A stretch of DNA of 60,774 bases, counting the filler, from Sphacelaria rigidula (lineage: Eukaryota): assembly GCA_964200075.2 (NCBI GenBank). It is 8 parts of 8 records of this genome, joined end to end, with 100 filler letters (N's around TTAATTAATTAA, not from the genome) between each part and the next. Parts side by side here need not be neighbours in the genome. Positions count along the whole stretch, not along the records: positions 38,048 to 45,556 come from CAXNAA020014580.1; positions 45,657 to 53,165 come from CAXNAA020014581.1; 6 more parts are not named here. One strand, written 5' to 3'. The position numbers and the translations under genes were made by a program. Every line of letters starts with the position of its first letter. Positions within the stretch are counted from its first letter, which is position 1. The notes below the pieces were generated by a model that did no database searches, was not told the DNA's origin, and saw nothing but the letters and a program-made list of their open reading frames with translations. Below are positions 40,678 to 52,879 of this stretch, piece after piece.

Positions 40678-40834
40678 ATGTACTTGTGCAACGACTCCAT
40701 CTCGGGCGGGATAACGGTGTTCTTGAAATGCGCCAAGCAAGTGGAGGCGTGGTACAGCTTAGGGGCGAAGGAGCAGTCGGCCAAGGTCATCTGTTTTCCG
40801 GTCAGGAACGGTCCTCCGGTGGACTTCAAGTGGG
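40678..40834 (-). CDS. DHAR: DHAR-like GST, exon
   Basis: AHLKSTGGPFLTGKQMTLADCSFAPKLYHASTCLAHFKNTVIPPEMESLHKYM carries the GPF...D-S-APKLYH motif of DHAR/CLIC-type GSTs. Phases are compatible with neighbouring exons. Confidence 0.9.
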
Positions 40835-42185
40835 CTGAGGCAACCACGAAGGCGGGGAAGGTGAAAGGGGGAGAGGGAGGGTGGGGTATACGCGAACGTC
40901 TCAGTAGTTGAACTACTCTGAAATATTACTCCTTTCAGGCGATCCCACCGGTACTCCGAATGTACTCGGTGCTGCAAATGTACTGAAAATCCAGTATGCT
41001 CTGCTGGATACGGGACTGTATTTATTTGTTGGTGAGGGTCTCAACTGAGATGCACGTGGGCAAATGGATTCCAAAGCTAGCAAGTTTTCCAGTCGAACGG
41101 CTCAAAATGCGAGTACTGTACGCTGAGCGAAATCCAGATTTACGACTTCCTGGGTGTAAGACGCAAAAGCCGAACACCCAGTCGATACCGTACATGTCCG
41201 TTTTTCCAGATTATGGTTAGGCAGAACAGCTCCCCCCCCCTCCCCCTCCTCTCCCCAATGATACTTGACGCAAAAACACACGGAACGTCAGGGACAGCAA
41301 GCCAACAGTTCGACATCGACAACGTTCCCCCAGAGTATCATGAAAATCTTTGAGGATCCACGACGTAGCCGTCAACGATTCACTCATGCACGGTTTTCGA
41401 GATCTTCAGTAAAGGAGCATCTGTGGCGTCATGTTCCTCGAGAATGTTCTTGGCGTTCAGTTCCCGGTCCCGTAGACAACGTCCACGACGGGTCATTCTC
41501 CACGACCAACAAGCAGCTCGCCAGCTGTCTGGCCTCTCCCATGAGAGGCACCTCTCTTTCGAGAACTACTCCACAAGTCTAAACTTGACAACCAGAGCAC
41601 CAAATCAGCGCCCGCGGTAGCTAGTCTCTTTCAAGGAGCACGTCCTCATCTTGGGGACATCAAAAGCATGTCACACACACCGACCTCGTCGCACACGAAA
41701 CATCAAATAACGACAACTATCCTTCGCGGTCGAGCGCTTCGAATGTTGTCGAGGGCTAGATCTCCGCCCATTACCATTCCTCGTTATCTTGCCGGTATTG
41801 TCAAAGGAATCATCAGCCTACGAGATCATGAGCCAATTTCGTTGGTTGACCTCACGCAACTATCCCTGAACATCCCTGAACCTTCTTGACTGCTAAGCTG
41901 ACTTTTGTGGGGGTATTTACTGCTTCGCTGCCATACCTATTATTTTGCGGGAGGCGTTCTTGTATACTCGCCAGTAAGATGAGACTAACCCAGCTCCCAC
42001 CTCAGGCCTGAACACTTCTTTTCTCCTGACACTATTGACACTCCATCATCATTCCCGTCACATTATCTCCGCAAAAGAAAAAGCACCACAATCAACTAGG
42101 TGGGATCAAAACTATCGGGTTGTTCGTCCTGCGCCATGGGGCATAACAAGTCACGCCGAAGAAACGCAAGTAAAGAAGGAGCACA

Positions 42186-42492
42186 GCATCGCGTGACCTC
42201 AGCATGTGGCGCCACATTCAAGCCGCAGATGGAACCTCATTGCTTTTCATGCAAATATCTTTCGTCTGTCAAGCATTGATACCTTGACTAGCACTGGGTG
42301 CCGCGGGAAAGAAGGCAAGACAAACGCTCCCACCACATCAGCATACCGTGACTTCAGCATGGCCATCCACATCAAGCTGCAGATGGAACCTCATTGCTTT
42401 TCATGCAAATATCTCTCGTCTTTCAAGCATTGAAACCTTGACTAGCACTGGATGCCGCGGGAAAGAAGGCAAGACAAACGCTCCCTCCACAT
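42186..42492. repeat. Tandem duplication, ~155-bp unit x2, in a DHAR intron
   Basis: gcagatggaacctcattgcttttcatgcaaatatct...gccgcgggaaagaaggcaagacaaacgctccc occurs twice in tandem. Confidence 0.85.
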
Positions 42493-42596
42493 GCCCCCAA
42501 ATCAGACCTTTCGCTCGACCTTGACACTTACCTCTGCAACCCCATTCTATGTTCATTTGTCCGCCAGGCAAACACCATATCATATCACACACTCAC

Positions 42597-42714
42597 CGTC
42601 AACTTTCTTGAGCTCCTGCATGACGGTCTCCACCATATCGGGGTCCTGTACGGCGTCGAGGTTCTTCACGCACCTGGCGAGCGCCCCGAAGACTCCCTTA
42701 GTCACGTCCTTAGC
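42597..42714 (-). CDS. DHAR: DHAR-like GST, exon
   Basis: AG/GTGAGT boundaries. AKDVTKGVFGALARCVKNLDAVQDPDMVETVMQELKKVD, phase 0-1. Confidence 0.85.
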
Positions 42715-42953
42715 CTTCATCCGATTAACAAAACAAGTAGGTGCGCAGATGGGCGGGGGGGGAAGGGAGCTAAATGCAAGCTTCTTCTCCGCATGTGCGG
42801 GAAGTCCTAAATGTTATTTCAGCCTGCACTAAAATCGAGATGAAACCATGCGGAGAGGGACAGCGAACTCTTTTGTTGTTTGCCGTAGTTATTTGATCAT
42901 TGGCCATACATCCTTCTCGAGATGGGGCACTCCGGAGAGGGGGGGGGAGGGTG

Positions 42954-43524
42954 TAATCATGATTTTGCATGCCGAAGTGGTATGATCATTGGCCTCGCAG
43001 CCCTACAAAGCCGGGACGGAGCACGCCGGGTTTTCGGCTGACCAGGCTGGCACTCAATCATCAAACGCGAAGCGTCGTGATGTGTTCGGTGAGTCGCATG
43101 AAGGGTGAGCTGCATCCTGCTGAAATTGCTCAGCCCGAAGCCTACTGATTATCTTGCATTTGGATGGCAGCCTCCAATGACATAATTGCTTTATTTTATG
43201 GTATCGCCACTTCCAGAGACAGTCACGGCCTCAACACTACCTCATAGGTGTCTCACCATTCAAACACCAAGTACGTGGTACGATCATCCCCTTTGTACTG
43301 AGTCGAGGTTTTCCCACGCCACACAACATGATCTAGCTCGACTACCATCATGGTTACCGCAAAAAAAACGCGAGCGCGCAAAAAAATTGGTAACCTGGTT
43401 GCCTAGCTTAGACAGTGCGTGGCGTGCTTTATAGCGTCATCACCAACCAACCCCAACGCCATCGGGGGTTCGCCCCTACAAAGGCGGTACGGAGCACGCC
43501 GGGTTCTCGCTGGACAAGGCTGGC
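42954..43524 (-). mobile_element. Longest copy of the C-tailed non-coding retroposon, with an internal 51-bp direct repeat
   Basis: Flanked by ggggagggtg at 42944-42953 and 43525-43534. 43001-43051 matches 43474-43524 (44/51). Five other partial copies occur in the window. Confidence 0.8.
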
Positions 43525-44147
43525 GGGGAGGGTGGTGGTGGTGGTGAAATTACATTGGGGTTTGGAGTTTTTTTGGATGTGACGCTTCGACTGATAGTGT
43601 GAGTGTTAACAGGTTTTCAGGCGTATCCAACCTCTACCGACAGGAGTCACAGGCTGATAAAAACGAATCTTGCAGGTAAGTAGCTGGGGAGGGGGCGGGG
43701 GAGGGAGGCGGTGAGCTGTAGAATTTTAAAAACATCGAGATGCATGCGTGTGTGTGTATCACCCTCCTACTTAACATTTCAAAGCCAGCTTTTTCTACCT
43801 GACCACTCGTGTAGGCCGTCAAGCCACGTACAGTACGCGGGGGTTCGAACAGCACCGCGCGGATACAGGCATAATTCTCCCTCCCGAATGTCGAGCACGG
43901 CATACAGTGCAAAATTGCAGAACACAGCACCATGCATGTGTTGAAAAATCCTGCATTGCTACCGTCCACCAACCGCAAACTCTACTGTTCCTGTATGAAA
44001 GGACCCACCAAACGACAAATATTTCTCCCTCCCTTTCCTTCCACCCCTCGGCCAACCTTGTCATGACTACGCCAACAATCTATCGTGGGCCAGGACCAAT
44101 TTCGAATGAGAACGCAAGCGACATAAGTAGCGCGCGCTCACACACAC

Positions 44148-44303
44148 CTTCTCCATCGCATCCGGGTTGTCCTTGAGGCTGAGGGTGGGCTCAGGGTAGA
44201 AGTACTCGATGTACTCTGCGATTTCGGACGATTCCGTGTACGCTTCGCCGTTGTCGGTGAGACACGGCATCTGCCCATCATAGTCCTCTACGAGCCAATC
44301 CGG
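44148..44303 (-). CDS. DHAR: DHAR-like GST, exon
   Basis: PDWLVEDYDGQMPCLTDNGEAYTESSEIAEYIEYFYPEPTL...; GST N-domain cis-Pro and ES motifs. Confidence 0.9.
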
Positions 44304-44952
44304 CTGATTCATCGGTATCCGCACCAGAGAAGCGTGTAAAGCGTCGATGGCCAGTTCCCGTAGTCCGGTGGGTGGCAAAAAAAAACGAGGAGAAAGCAGA
44401 GAAAGTTGAGGGGTAAATCAGTAAACGATGAAGAATAGCTAGTTCATCACTGTGTGGGTGTACTTCATGCCTGTCCACCAGTGAACCCAGATGTAGTAGA
44501 TCACAGAATACGCGTATTCTTGTAAGTAAAAGCACGCAACATACACTGCCCACACAACTCCAGTCCCATTCGGAGCAGGGATCGATCCTTTAGTTTGTGA
44601 GACACAGAAGCATGGTTGGCGGAACGACCTCTCGACAAATCTGTTGCGAATTTTTCCTTCCATTCGGCAAAACACGACAGCTCCCTCCATCCACGCGATC
44701 GCACCGACCGAGACAGTTCGGCGTTTTAACAAGTACCCCCCTCTGCATCCCCCCCTTTTTCGGTCATATTCAATGAGCAAACCACACATTTTCCCTCAAA
44801 GTTGAGCGACATTGAGACTTTCATGGGTAAGCTATGTTCTTCTCACTGCATCTTTTCCCCCCCCCTCCCGCCGCAGGGGTCAATGGTCTTCTAACTATGA
44901 CATGCATGATGATGAGTAGACCCCCTCCCGCCGCAGACCCATGGATACGTAC

Positions 44953-45012
44953 CTTGGAATCGGGGGCGCACGGGGTGAGCTTAAAGGGCAGGTTCTTGTA
45001 GTTAAGCACCAT
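44953..45012 (-). CDS. DHAR: DHAR-like GST, exon (upstream exon with the catalytic CPF motif is absent from this scaffold)
   Basis: CAG/GTACGT boundaries. MVLNYKNLPFKLTPCAPDSK joins in frame to PDW. Confidence 0.8.
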
Positions 45013-45656
45013 CTGCGCTCGCCAAAGACCGCGGGTACGAACAACAGCACAACACAGGGCGAAAGTGAGGAACAGATATGGTCAGTCACGTGGCGAGCGG
45101 GGAAATGAACCCCAATTTTAGGCTTCTGGTGAAAATAACAACTCCCTCTCCAACGAGACCGTCAGTTAGACCGTCGCTCGTTTCCTACTGACCTGTCTCT
45201 ATGCTACCCCTCATGTTGTACTGGGTGGGGGGAGTTACGACAAAATCCTGAGTGTGCCAGATGGCTGCGCGAGTCCACCTCCCACCGGTCCCACCCTCGT
45301 CACCCACCCGCGCAACACACACAAGGAACCAGCGATGGCGCATCAGTTGCTGAGGAGACGAGCTGCCGTGATTACCTAATTGACGGCATCAACCGTATGA
45401 ACAAGGCGGGTGATTCGTGCTTCGCCGCTACAACGCGTGTTTTCTGTCGGGAGACGCTGGTTGAAACCTTCAAGCATCGAGTGGGGGGGGGGGGGGGGGG
45501 GTCCGTTTTACGGGTTTGTGTTTTTAGAGCCCTTCTGCCTTTCCATGGACGGGCGGNNNNNNNNNNNNNNNNNNNNNNNNNNNNNNNNNNNNNNNNNNNN
45601 TTAATTAATTAANNNNNNNNNNNNNNNNNNNNNNNNNNNNNNNNNNNNNNNNNNNN

Positions 45657-45740
45657 CGGGGGAGTCACGATCTCGGAACGGTTTTCCCCCGATTTTCTGA
45701 AAAAATCGGGGGAAAACCGTGCCGAGATCGTGACCCCCCG
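45657..45740. repeat. Near-perfect 84-bp palindrome at scaffold start
   Basis: 45657-45696 pairs with 45701-45740. Confidence 0.85.
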
Positions 45741-46268
45741 ATTTTTTCGGTCCCGACTTAGTCCAGATCCGTGTCCATACAATGCGTTCCCCGATTTTTT
45801 ATCCCCCCGATTTTGAAAAAATCAAGATTCGTGCTTGCCATAAAAGTGGGTCTAAATTGTGTCGAGACTTCATCGAACACGATCCAAAATTGAGCGAAGT
45901 AGATGCGTTTCAACAATCCTGGTGGCTTCTTGAGCTGACCAGCTTGTACTAATAATTGGTATAAAATAGCCGGTAAATTAAACTCAAACAAAATGGATAA
46001 ACTGCGGCCGGTGTGCTGTCTCTCTTCAGCGTGGTGGGTGAATTCAAAAATGTGTCCGTTCGTAGACCGGCGGGACTGCTCGAAGGTGTGACTGCTCGAA
46101 GGTGTTGTGGAACTAGTTCTATCGCACAGGCAGGTTCTATGAATCTGCCGCTTTGACCTGACCGTTTGACCGCGAGGGTAGGTCACCTACTGAATCCGCA
46201 TCAATATTCACGTGAAATAAGTGCGTGATCCAGGCGGACTACTCGCATTGCGGTCTAGTGGTTAATTC

Positions 46269-46814
46269 CAGGGCTATACACGTTACACGTTCACGTTCAC
46301 GTTACGCTCATCACGTGAAGAGAAAAAAAAAAGTTCACCTTACGTGACGTGTGTCACGTGAAAAAAAGTTGACGTTACGTTCACGTTACGTTCATCACGT
46401 AAAAAAAATGAAGGCTCACGTTAGGTCTCGGCCAAAACGTAACGTGAGCGTAACGTGTAACGCTATGGCACGTGTAACGTGTATAGCCCTGGCTATACAT
46501 GTACATGTTCACGTTCACGTTCACGTTATGTTCATCACGTAAAAATAAATTAACGTTCACCTTACGTGACGTGTGTCACGTAAAAAAAATGACGTTACGT
46601 TTACGCCACATTTGAAAATTTAATGTTACGTTCATCATGTGAAAAAAATAACGTTAAATTAACGTTACATTTAAATATTTCAGGTTATGGTTACGTTACG
46701 TTTATCACGTGAAAAAAATCTTAACGTTCACCTTACGTTTCGGCCAAAACGTAACGTGAACGTAACGTGAACGTAACGTGTAACGCTATGGCACGTGTAA
46801 CGTGTACATCCCTG
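46269..46814. mobile_element. hAT-like MITE, head-to-tail dimer, ACGT-rich
   Basis: Termini CAGGGCTATACACG / CGTGTACATCCCTG; 8-bp TSD gttaattc / gttaattt; an internal terminus copy at 46478-46491. Confidence 0.8.
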
Positions 46815-47041
46815 GTTAATTTCCGTTTCCGTTTAATCGACAGTATGAATTGGTCCAGTTCACAACCCCACCTGTATACATGTACCGCGGTTTGTGCAGG
46901 AGCTACTCGTATGGGTCCTACTATACACGATATACAGGTGGTATCTCCCGTCATAGAGCTTCAGTTGTTCTGGCGGGAAATGCCACCACGTCAACCACAC
47001 CCCCCAAATCTACCACACCTGATACCACTCTCTTGATTCAC

Positions 47042-47379
47042 CTGATAAGCTCGAGATTGGGACCCTGCAGCATTCCCGAACCCCTGCCATTATCGTCTTC
47101 ATTTTTATCAATCATGCTCAGCATCGTCTTCGATTGCCTTGCTCCTCTCGACCGGGAGCGCCCGCCCAGCACTGGCAACGATGGGGCCGTTCCAGCAAAA
47201 GGGCGCGCGACAAGACGACTCCTCGTAGAGAACGAAACCATTCCCCCCCTAGTGATTACATGGCGTCTAGGTGGCTCTAGTACTGACAGGGCGAGTGATG
47301 GCGCCATGAAGAAGGCAGTGGGGGTACTGCTACCCCAGCAAGTGGCAGCCGGGGCGGTCATTGCGGCAACATGCACCAT
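47042..47379 (-). CDS. Putative first exon of an unknown protein with an Ala/Ser/Arg-rich (possibly organelle-targeting) N-terminus
   Basis: Open frame MVHVAAMTAPAATCWGSSTPTAFFMAPSLALS...GPNLELIR ending at an AG|GTGAAT donor. Divergent from the ankyrin gene. Confidence 0.4.
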
Positions 47380-48256
47380 GGACCAAATTGAAGGTTGCTG
47401 TGTAAGTTGAGGTGGAACAACAAGAAAAGACGGAGCTGCTTGAAGAAGCAAAATAGACAGCACGAAGACTGAACCACGACTATCGATGACACTCTGGAGT
47501 ATGGAGAAGGTGCTGTGCGTTGCAGAGATCTTGGTGTATACTCCTTGATCAAGCACCTACAACGTACATACCGTTGTCTGCTTGATTTGAACTTCAATCG
47601 CACTTGACCATGTACCCCATCAGTTGCCCCATCAGTTGCTACACTAATTTGAACCGCCAGCTTGTACCCTTTTGAGTCGCCCTGAAATTTCGAAAATAGT
47701 GTAACCGTTTTTCCGCCAGGTAAGAACAGGGTTCTTGTGACACTCGAGGTTCGAGGCCCTCTGTGAACGGTACTCACCTGCCCGCTTCGATTCGCTTGCA
47801 TGACACATATCTTGCCGCAATTGTATCTGTCAGAGAGTGAAACATTAAACTTTCAGCGACTTGGCTGCCGACAGGTGTGGTCGATACAGCGTCCGCCCAC
47901 CCCCTGTGCATTTTCTCTGTGGGCTAGTAGGGCTGTTGGAACATGTGTGGTGATGGATTCCAGATCCAGACGGCATAAAACATCGACATTATCGAAATCA
48001 TTTCGAGTTAGGTCTCTATCAAACAGGAACGCCGCACGGTGCCACGGCGAAATTCAACGGAGAACACGGGCAGCACACGGGAACCAAGGCCAGGCCTGCA
48101 CGCCCACCCTGAACCAGTCTTGCCTCAACACCTCGCGTGTATCATATTGGAGACGACCAGGTAGACGGACTTCGCGACAACACCAGGGCTTTCGGCTGCG
48201 ACAGGAGGCTTCTTGGTTGAGTTCGTTGTACTGGCGGCGGCTCCTACGGTGAGGCT

Positions 48257-48384
48257 ATGCCGACAGACACGGAGCTACACAAGGCGGCGCACAATGGAGA
48301 TCTGGGCAAGGTCAAGTCGCTGATAGACGAGGGAGAGATATCTGTCAACGAACCTGGAGCTGCTGAGCGACGACCATTACACAG
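48257..48384 (+). CDS. First exon of an ankyrin-repeat protein
   Basis: MPTDTELHKAAHNGDLGKVKSLIDEGEISVNEPGAAERRPLHR then a GTACAT donor. Matches the ankyrin consensus TxLHxAAxxG...L...VN...PLH. Below the ORF-track length cutoff. Confidence 0.8.
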
Positions 48385-49056
48385 GTACATGTATTCGTGC
48401 ATTCGGTACGCATAGATTGGTACTGGACAGTTCTACACTGCAGTCTGGAGTCTGGAGTGTCGGCGTTTGTATGTGCGAGTACAGCATCACTTCATGCATG
48501 TCCATCATACATGACCCTGTAATAGACCGCAGGTACAAACGCGTTTACGGTACCCCGGGAGTGGAGTGCTGTGCTGTAGGCCTGTTACCTGTGACAAAGC
48601 TTGGCTGGTTTCACGTATAAATTGGCAGCAACAAGAGGGGGTAATCAAGCCACAGGTTTCGTCGTTCACAGTTCACAGTCTACACCACAATCAAAGACTG
48701 TACCCTAAACAAAGGGAGGCAAGCGCGATGCCTTCACGCGGCGTACCAAGTGGAATACTGCACTGTCCGCGCCGCGACCAAACTACAACGGTAGTTGTCC
48801 CAGACATGTTGTTGCAGTCTTGAAAACGTCGATGATTGGTCAACCAGCGCGATGATTAGTGCGCTGCCCCCACGATGCCGCAGTTCGCTGCGGGGGCTCG
48901 TTGCCGGTGCCTGCTTGGGCCGTCATCCCGTGTCAGCTGAGCACGCATCTATCTGCTGTTCTGACCCAGTTGTTGTGCTTGAGAGACATTTTGGCGGAGA
49001 TGTATCGTCCCGAACTGCGCTGCTGTCCATACAGTAGGCGCATCTTCAAAATGGTC

Positions 49057-49198
49057 AAGGTTGTTGTACAAGATACTCGAGCATCAATATCGGGGCAATG
49101 GTAACACACCATCGATCAGCAAAACAGAAGGTTGTTGTACAAGATACTCAAGCGGCAATGTCGGGGCAGTGATAACACACCATCGATCAGCCAAACTG
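49057..49198. repeat. Tandem duplication, ~70-bp unit x2
   Basis: aaggttgttgtacaagatactc...cggggca.tg.taacacaccatcgatcagc occurs twice. Confidence 0.8.
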
Positions 49199-50216
49199 AT
49201 CAGTAGCGGGGAGCGGGGAGGTGGAGTTTCAATACCTTCCTGCGCCGCTAGTCAATTTTTGTTGTTCGCTCAAATTCGCGCCAGAAGAGGGTGTACGCGC
49301 AGTTCTAATTTCGCGAGACTCGCATGTTCCAACTATTAATACTACTGTACGTGAGCGAGAAACAGCGGGGTCTAACCCATCACCTTGACAACAATAACCA
49401 CGATGTCAAGGTGTTCGACGTGCATCCAAGCTAATGTCAACGATTGTGAATCAAATGAATCAATTTCATCATTGATTTTATGCACGATTCCTCTGCGGTG
49501 AAGATCTCAGAAGCTCTGAAAGGGTGGGTCTTGGGTGAGGTGATTTTTTATCCAAGTAGTATTCACTATTTTATTGCCCCACAATCAGTGCGACATCTCA
49601 ACACTGTTGTGGGTGTAGTGTTTGGTCAAAAACCCTACCGGTAACCCTAACCCTACGTACCCGGAGGCAAATGGAGAACCCTCAGGCAAGGAGGAGGGTT
49701 GCAGGGTCAAACAGACGAATTACACATCGTTTTGGCTCATATCGAGGCCTGTAGGCGGCATAATCGAGCCAAAGAGCGTGCTGCGCAAACTCCGCTCACG
49801 CTGGGCGAACGCTTGGGATTATTCAGGCCTCTGAAGACCGGGATGTGATGACAGTAGTACGTCTATATTGAAAAAGCATGCATCCAACCATCGGGTTTTG
49901 GCTCCGAACTCAAGTAAAAGCCCTACCGCGAAGGTTCAACCCTTGGTAGATCTCCCGCGTATTACAAGTTTTCTTTTTCAAATGAAAACGATGCCGGTTC
50001 TTCAGATGACCCGCCCTTGAGCCCAATCGGCAGACCGCCGGAATAGTGTTGGGTACTGCGAAGGGTCGATGTAAACCCTTTGACCGCCGGGGTGGGTCAT
50101 CTGGGTCTTGCACGCACTTTTGCAAGTGGAAACCACGGAGATGTCAGTCAAAGTTTTAAACTCCCAGCGGACAAAGGGGGTGAGTTTGGCGCGTTAGTTC
50201 TTTGTCCTCCAAAATC

Positions 50217-50413
50217 GATCATGTAGGTTTCAGGTTTATATTCCTGGTGAAAATATTAGCTATTGCCGATTTTTGTCCGTCAGGATGGATCATGTGGGTC
50301 TCAGGTTTATATTCCGGGTAAAAATGTTGCCTATTGCCGATGTTTGTCCGCCAGGATGGATCATGTAGGTCCCAGGTTTACATTTCAGGTGAAAATGTTG
50401 ACTATTTCCGATT
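50217..50413. repeat. Tandem repeat, ~71-bp unit x~2.7
   Basis: gatcatgt.ggt..caggttta.att...ggt.aaaat.tt..ctatt.ccgat occurs three times. Confidence 0.8.
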
Positions 50414-52781
50414 CAGGAGATGACCCACCCTAGCACCGGGGGCTCTTCGATTTATCGTTCAAGTAAAACGATGCCGATTCAGCTGACGGTCGAAGCAATC
50501 ATCATTACCCCGTCGTATTTATCGAGAGATTCCACCAAGGAGGTGTAGAAATAGGGGTTGAGAATCAAGCCACACCATTTGACCCTTGACGGTGCGCCAC
50601 GACTTTTTTCATTCATCTGTGAATGGGCACAATATTTGATTCCATCGACAACTTCCAACAAGTTTCAACCCCAGATACGTATGACAGGCCACGCCGCGAT
50701 GAAGTCAGGCTTTACCTGTGGACAGCCCAGGTATCTCCATCCCTTCATTCGGCACTATTTTCGCTTCGAAATACCGGTCAGAGTCACCGTACTACTCTCA
50801 CATTTCACGGCCACACCACATCACCCAACCCGACGTAGCGGAGATACAAATTAATAGCGACGGTGATACTCCGGCAGCAGACGGGAAGGCAGTCAGCCCC
50901 CGATTGTTTCATTGTAGATCCACGGCTCTCTTGACTTACTGTCGTACTGCCATACGTTTGAATCGGCATCGATTTCACTTGAAAAACATATTGATGATCG
51001 ACATGGACTAACCTCGCGGTCTAAGGGTTAATGGCTACTCGTACGGCTCCCCGAAGAGTCAACCATGCCTATCGTATGTCGTTGCGAGATCGGTTTCGGC
51101 GGCCGCCGACGAGCCCCCGACAGGGTCCGCCAGAGGCCGTCCCCGGCAGTATAGTTTTACTCCAGTATAGTTCACCACTTGGGAAGGCGCTATGGTTGAT
51201 TTTCAGCTCGACTTGATTTTGGTCTGAACAGCGAAACCCGGGTAACCTCGTTCCCGGAGGGGCCTTGTAGGAAGAATTTTTTTCACGACGAAATAAGCAA
51301 ATTTGCCTCACGTTGCCTTCATGTCTGGTGCGCTGACAGCCTTCGAAGAACGTGGGCGGTGTCATACGAGGGGGTCCTCAGCTCTTGCTTGATGCACGCA
51401 GAAGACATACACTTCTTGTCATTTTTGTGCTGCTTTTCACGACGGCACAAAGAGTCGATACAAAGTCCGAATGTCGTTCGCGGTCAGCCCCCCGGGAGAG
51501 GTGGTTGATACGCCGATAAAACTTTGTTTATTCATCTATGGCGACAGTCTGAAGTATTGAAACATTCGGCGGCACCGGAATCTGGCATCGGTGGCAAGCT
51601 GCCGATCGCCAACACATTTTTCGGCGCTGCTTGCCGAAAGCCGCGAATTCGACCCGGCGCCGCAGCTCTGTATCATTTCCCCGTCCTGGTGCGAACCCAC
51701 AGGGGCCGCCGACACTTGCCGTTGGCGTGCGAATTTGACCACCGGGGCGCGGCGATCTTGAGTTGCCTGTATTCATTACCTATTAATCGGCCGATGTCCC
51801 GCGCGGTTGCTCGGATTCTGCGGTAGCTGCCATTTTGAAATTCATTTCTGCAGCTCCGATAATGGCGATCGCAAGCTCAGCCAAAAGCGAAAAGTTGCTG
51901 TGTGCAGCGCGCAACGGATTGGGGACATGGGTTATGAGTATATACTCGGCCACGAATGCTAGCTTCGGCTCCGTTCAACGACTTTCAAACTTTCGGGGAG
52001 GCAAGTTGACGTGAGCTTCATCAGACAAGACAAACGCCGGGTCAATTCAAGCGTTACTAGAAGTTCGGAAGGCTCCCAGATTTCTCGGCCCATCCCCAAT
52101 AGTAGTATCGTCCCATCCAAGCTGGATAGCAAACGTAGGTATATCCCCAACAATGTCAATGGAAACGAATACCATGCGTCATCGAGTGTTACACTTGACC
52201 TCTTCACCACGGTGAATTTGTTTGGCCTGAACTTCCTAGATGATGGCTACGCCGTGGTCATGGCATCGACACTTGTGTCTTTTGAGCGTTCTTGATGACG
52301 ATTTGTTCACTTTTAGTCACTTTTCGTAGTGGAGAGTTGTTCCTCTTGAGGAACTGATGTTGGATACAGTAGACATCACCGTGTCCTGAAAATTGCGGCA
52401 GCACCGTAGGTAGTAGACATGGGGCCTGAGCTGTCTGGGGGGTTTGAACCTTGAGAAACTGTCACATCAGTCAGCGACAGATGTAACGTCTAGACTGCAC
52501 GAAGTCCCCCCAACTTTCGCCCTGTTGTGCAGGGTTTCCTCACCCTGTGTAGATTGTGGTACTACTCGCATATAGTGCATCTGAGTTAGCTCGTCTCGTG
52601 GTACTGTTTCCGCATCGAAGAGGCTATAAACGGCAGGTGCTGAGGCGTGAGATCTGTCAATGTTGCGCCCACGGCTATACTTGATTATATCCGCCTCAAA
52701 ACGCCTCTGTGCGGGTGGCAGGGAATTAGTCAAGTGTCAGGAATGGACTCTGCGCACTTGGCCCAAATTTTTCGGGCTTAA

Positions 52782-52879
52782 CCCTTAGACCGCGAGGTTA
52801 GTCTTCTGTTGAATCGGCATCAATTTCAAGTGAAAAAACATATGCATGATCCAGAAAGACTAATCTCGCGGTCTAAGGG
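52782..52879. mobile_element. 98-bp piggyBac-like MITE (best-preserved copy)
   Basis: TTAA at 52778-52781 and 52880-52883; 24-bp TIR cccttagaccgcgag.ttagtctt (23/24). Confidence 0.88.

Noticed and set aside
42954-43524. Hammerhead ribozyme / retrozyme in the C-tailed element
   Set aside because: By eye I found no CTGANGA...GAAA core with flanking stems here or at other CTGANGA sites in the window. A covariance-model scan is still needed for other ribozyme classes.
8593-45012. NADAR, MDP-1 and DHAR as a damage-control gene cluster
   Set aside because: They lie on three different scaffolds joined only by length sorting.
51959-52733. Possible exons on either strand
   Set aside because: Frames hit stops, and no consistent splice-phase chain or domain could be built.
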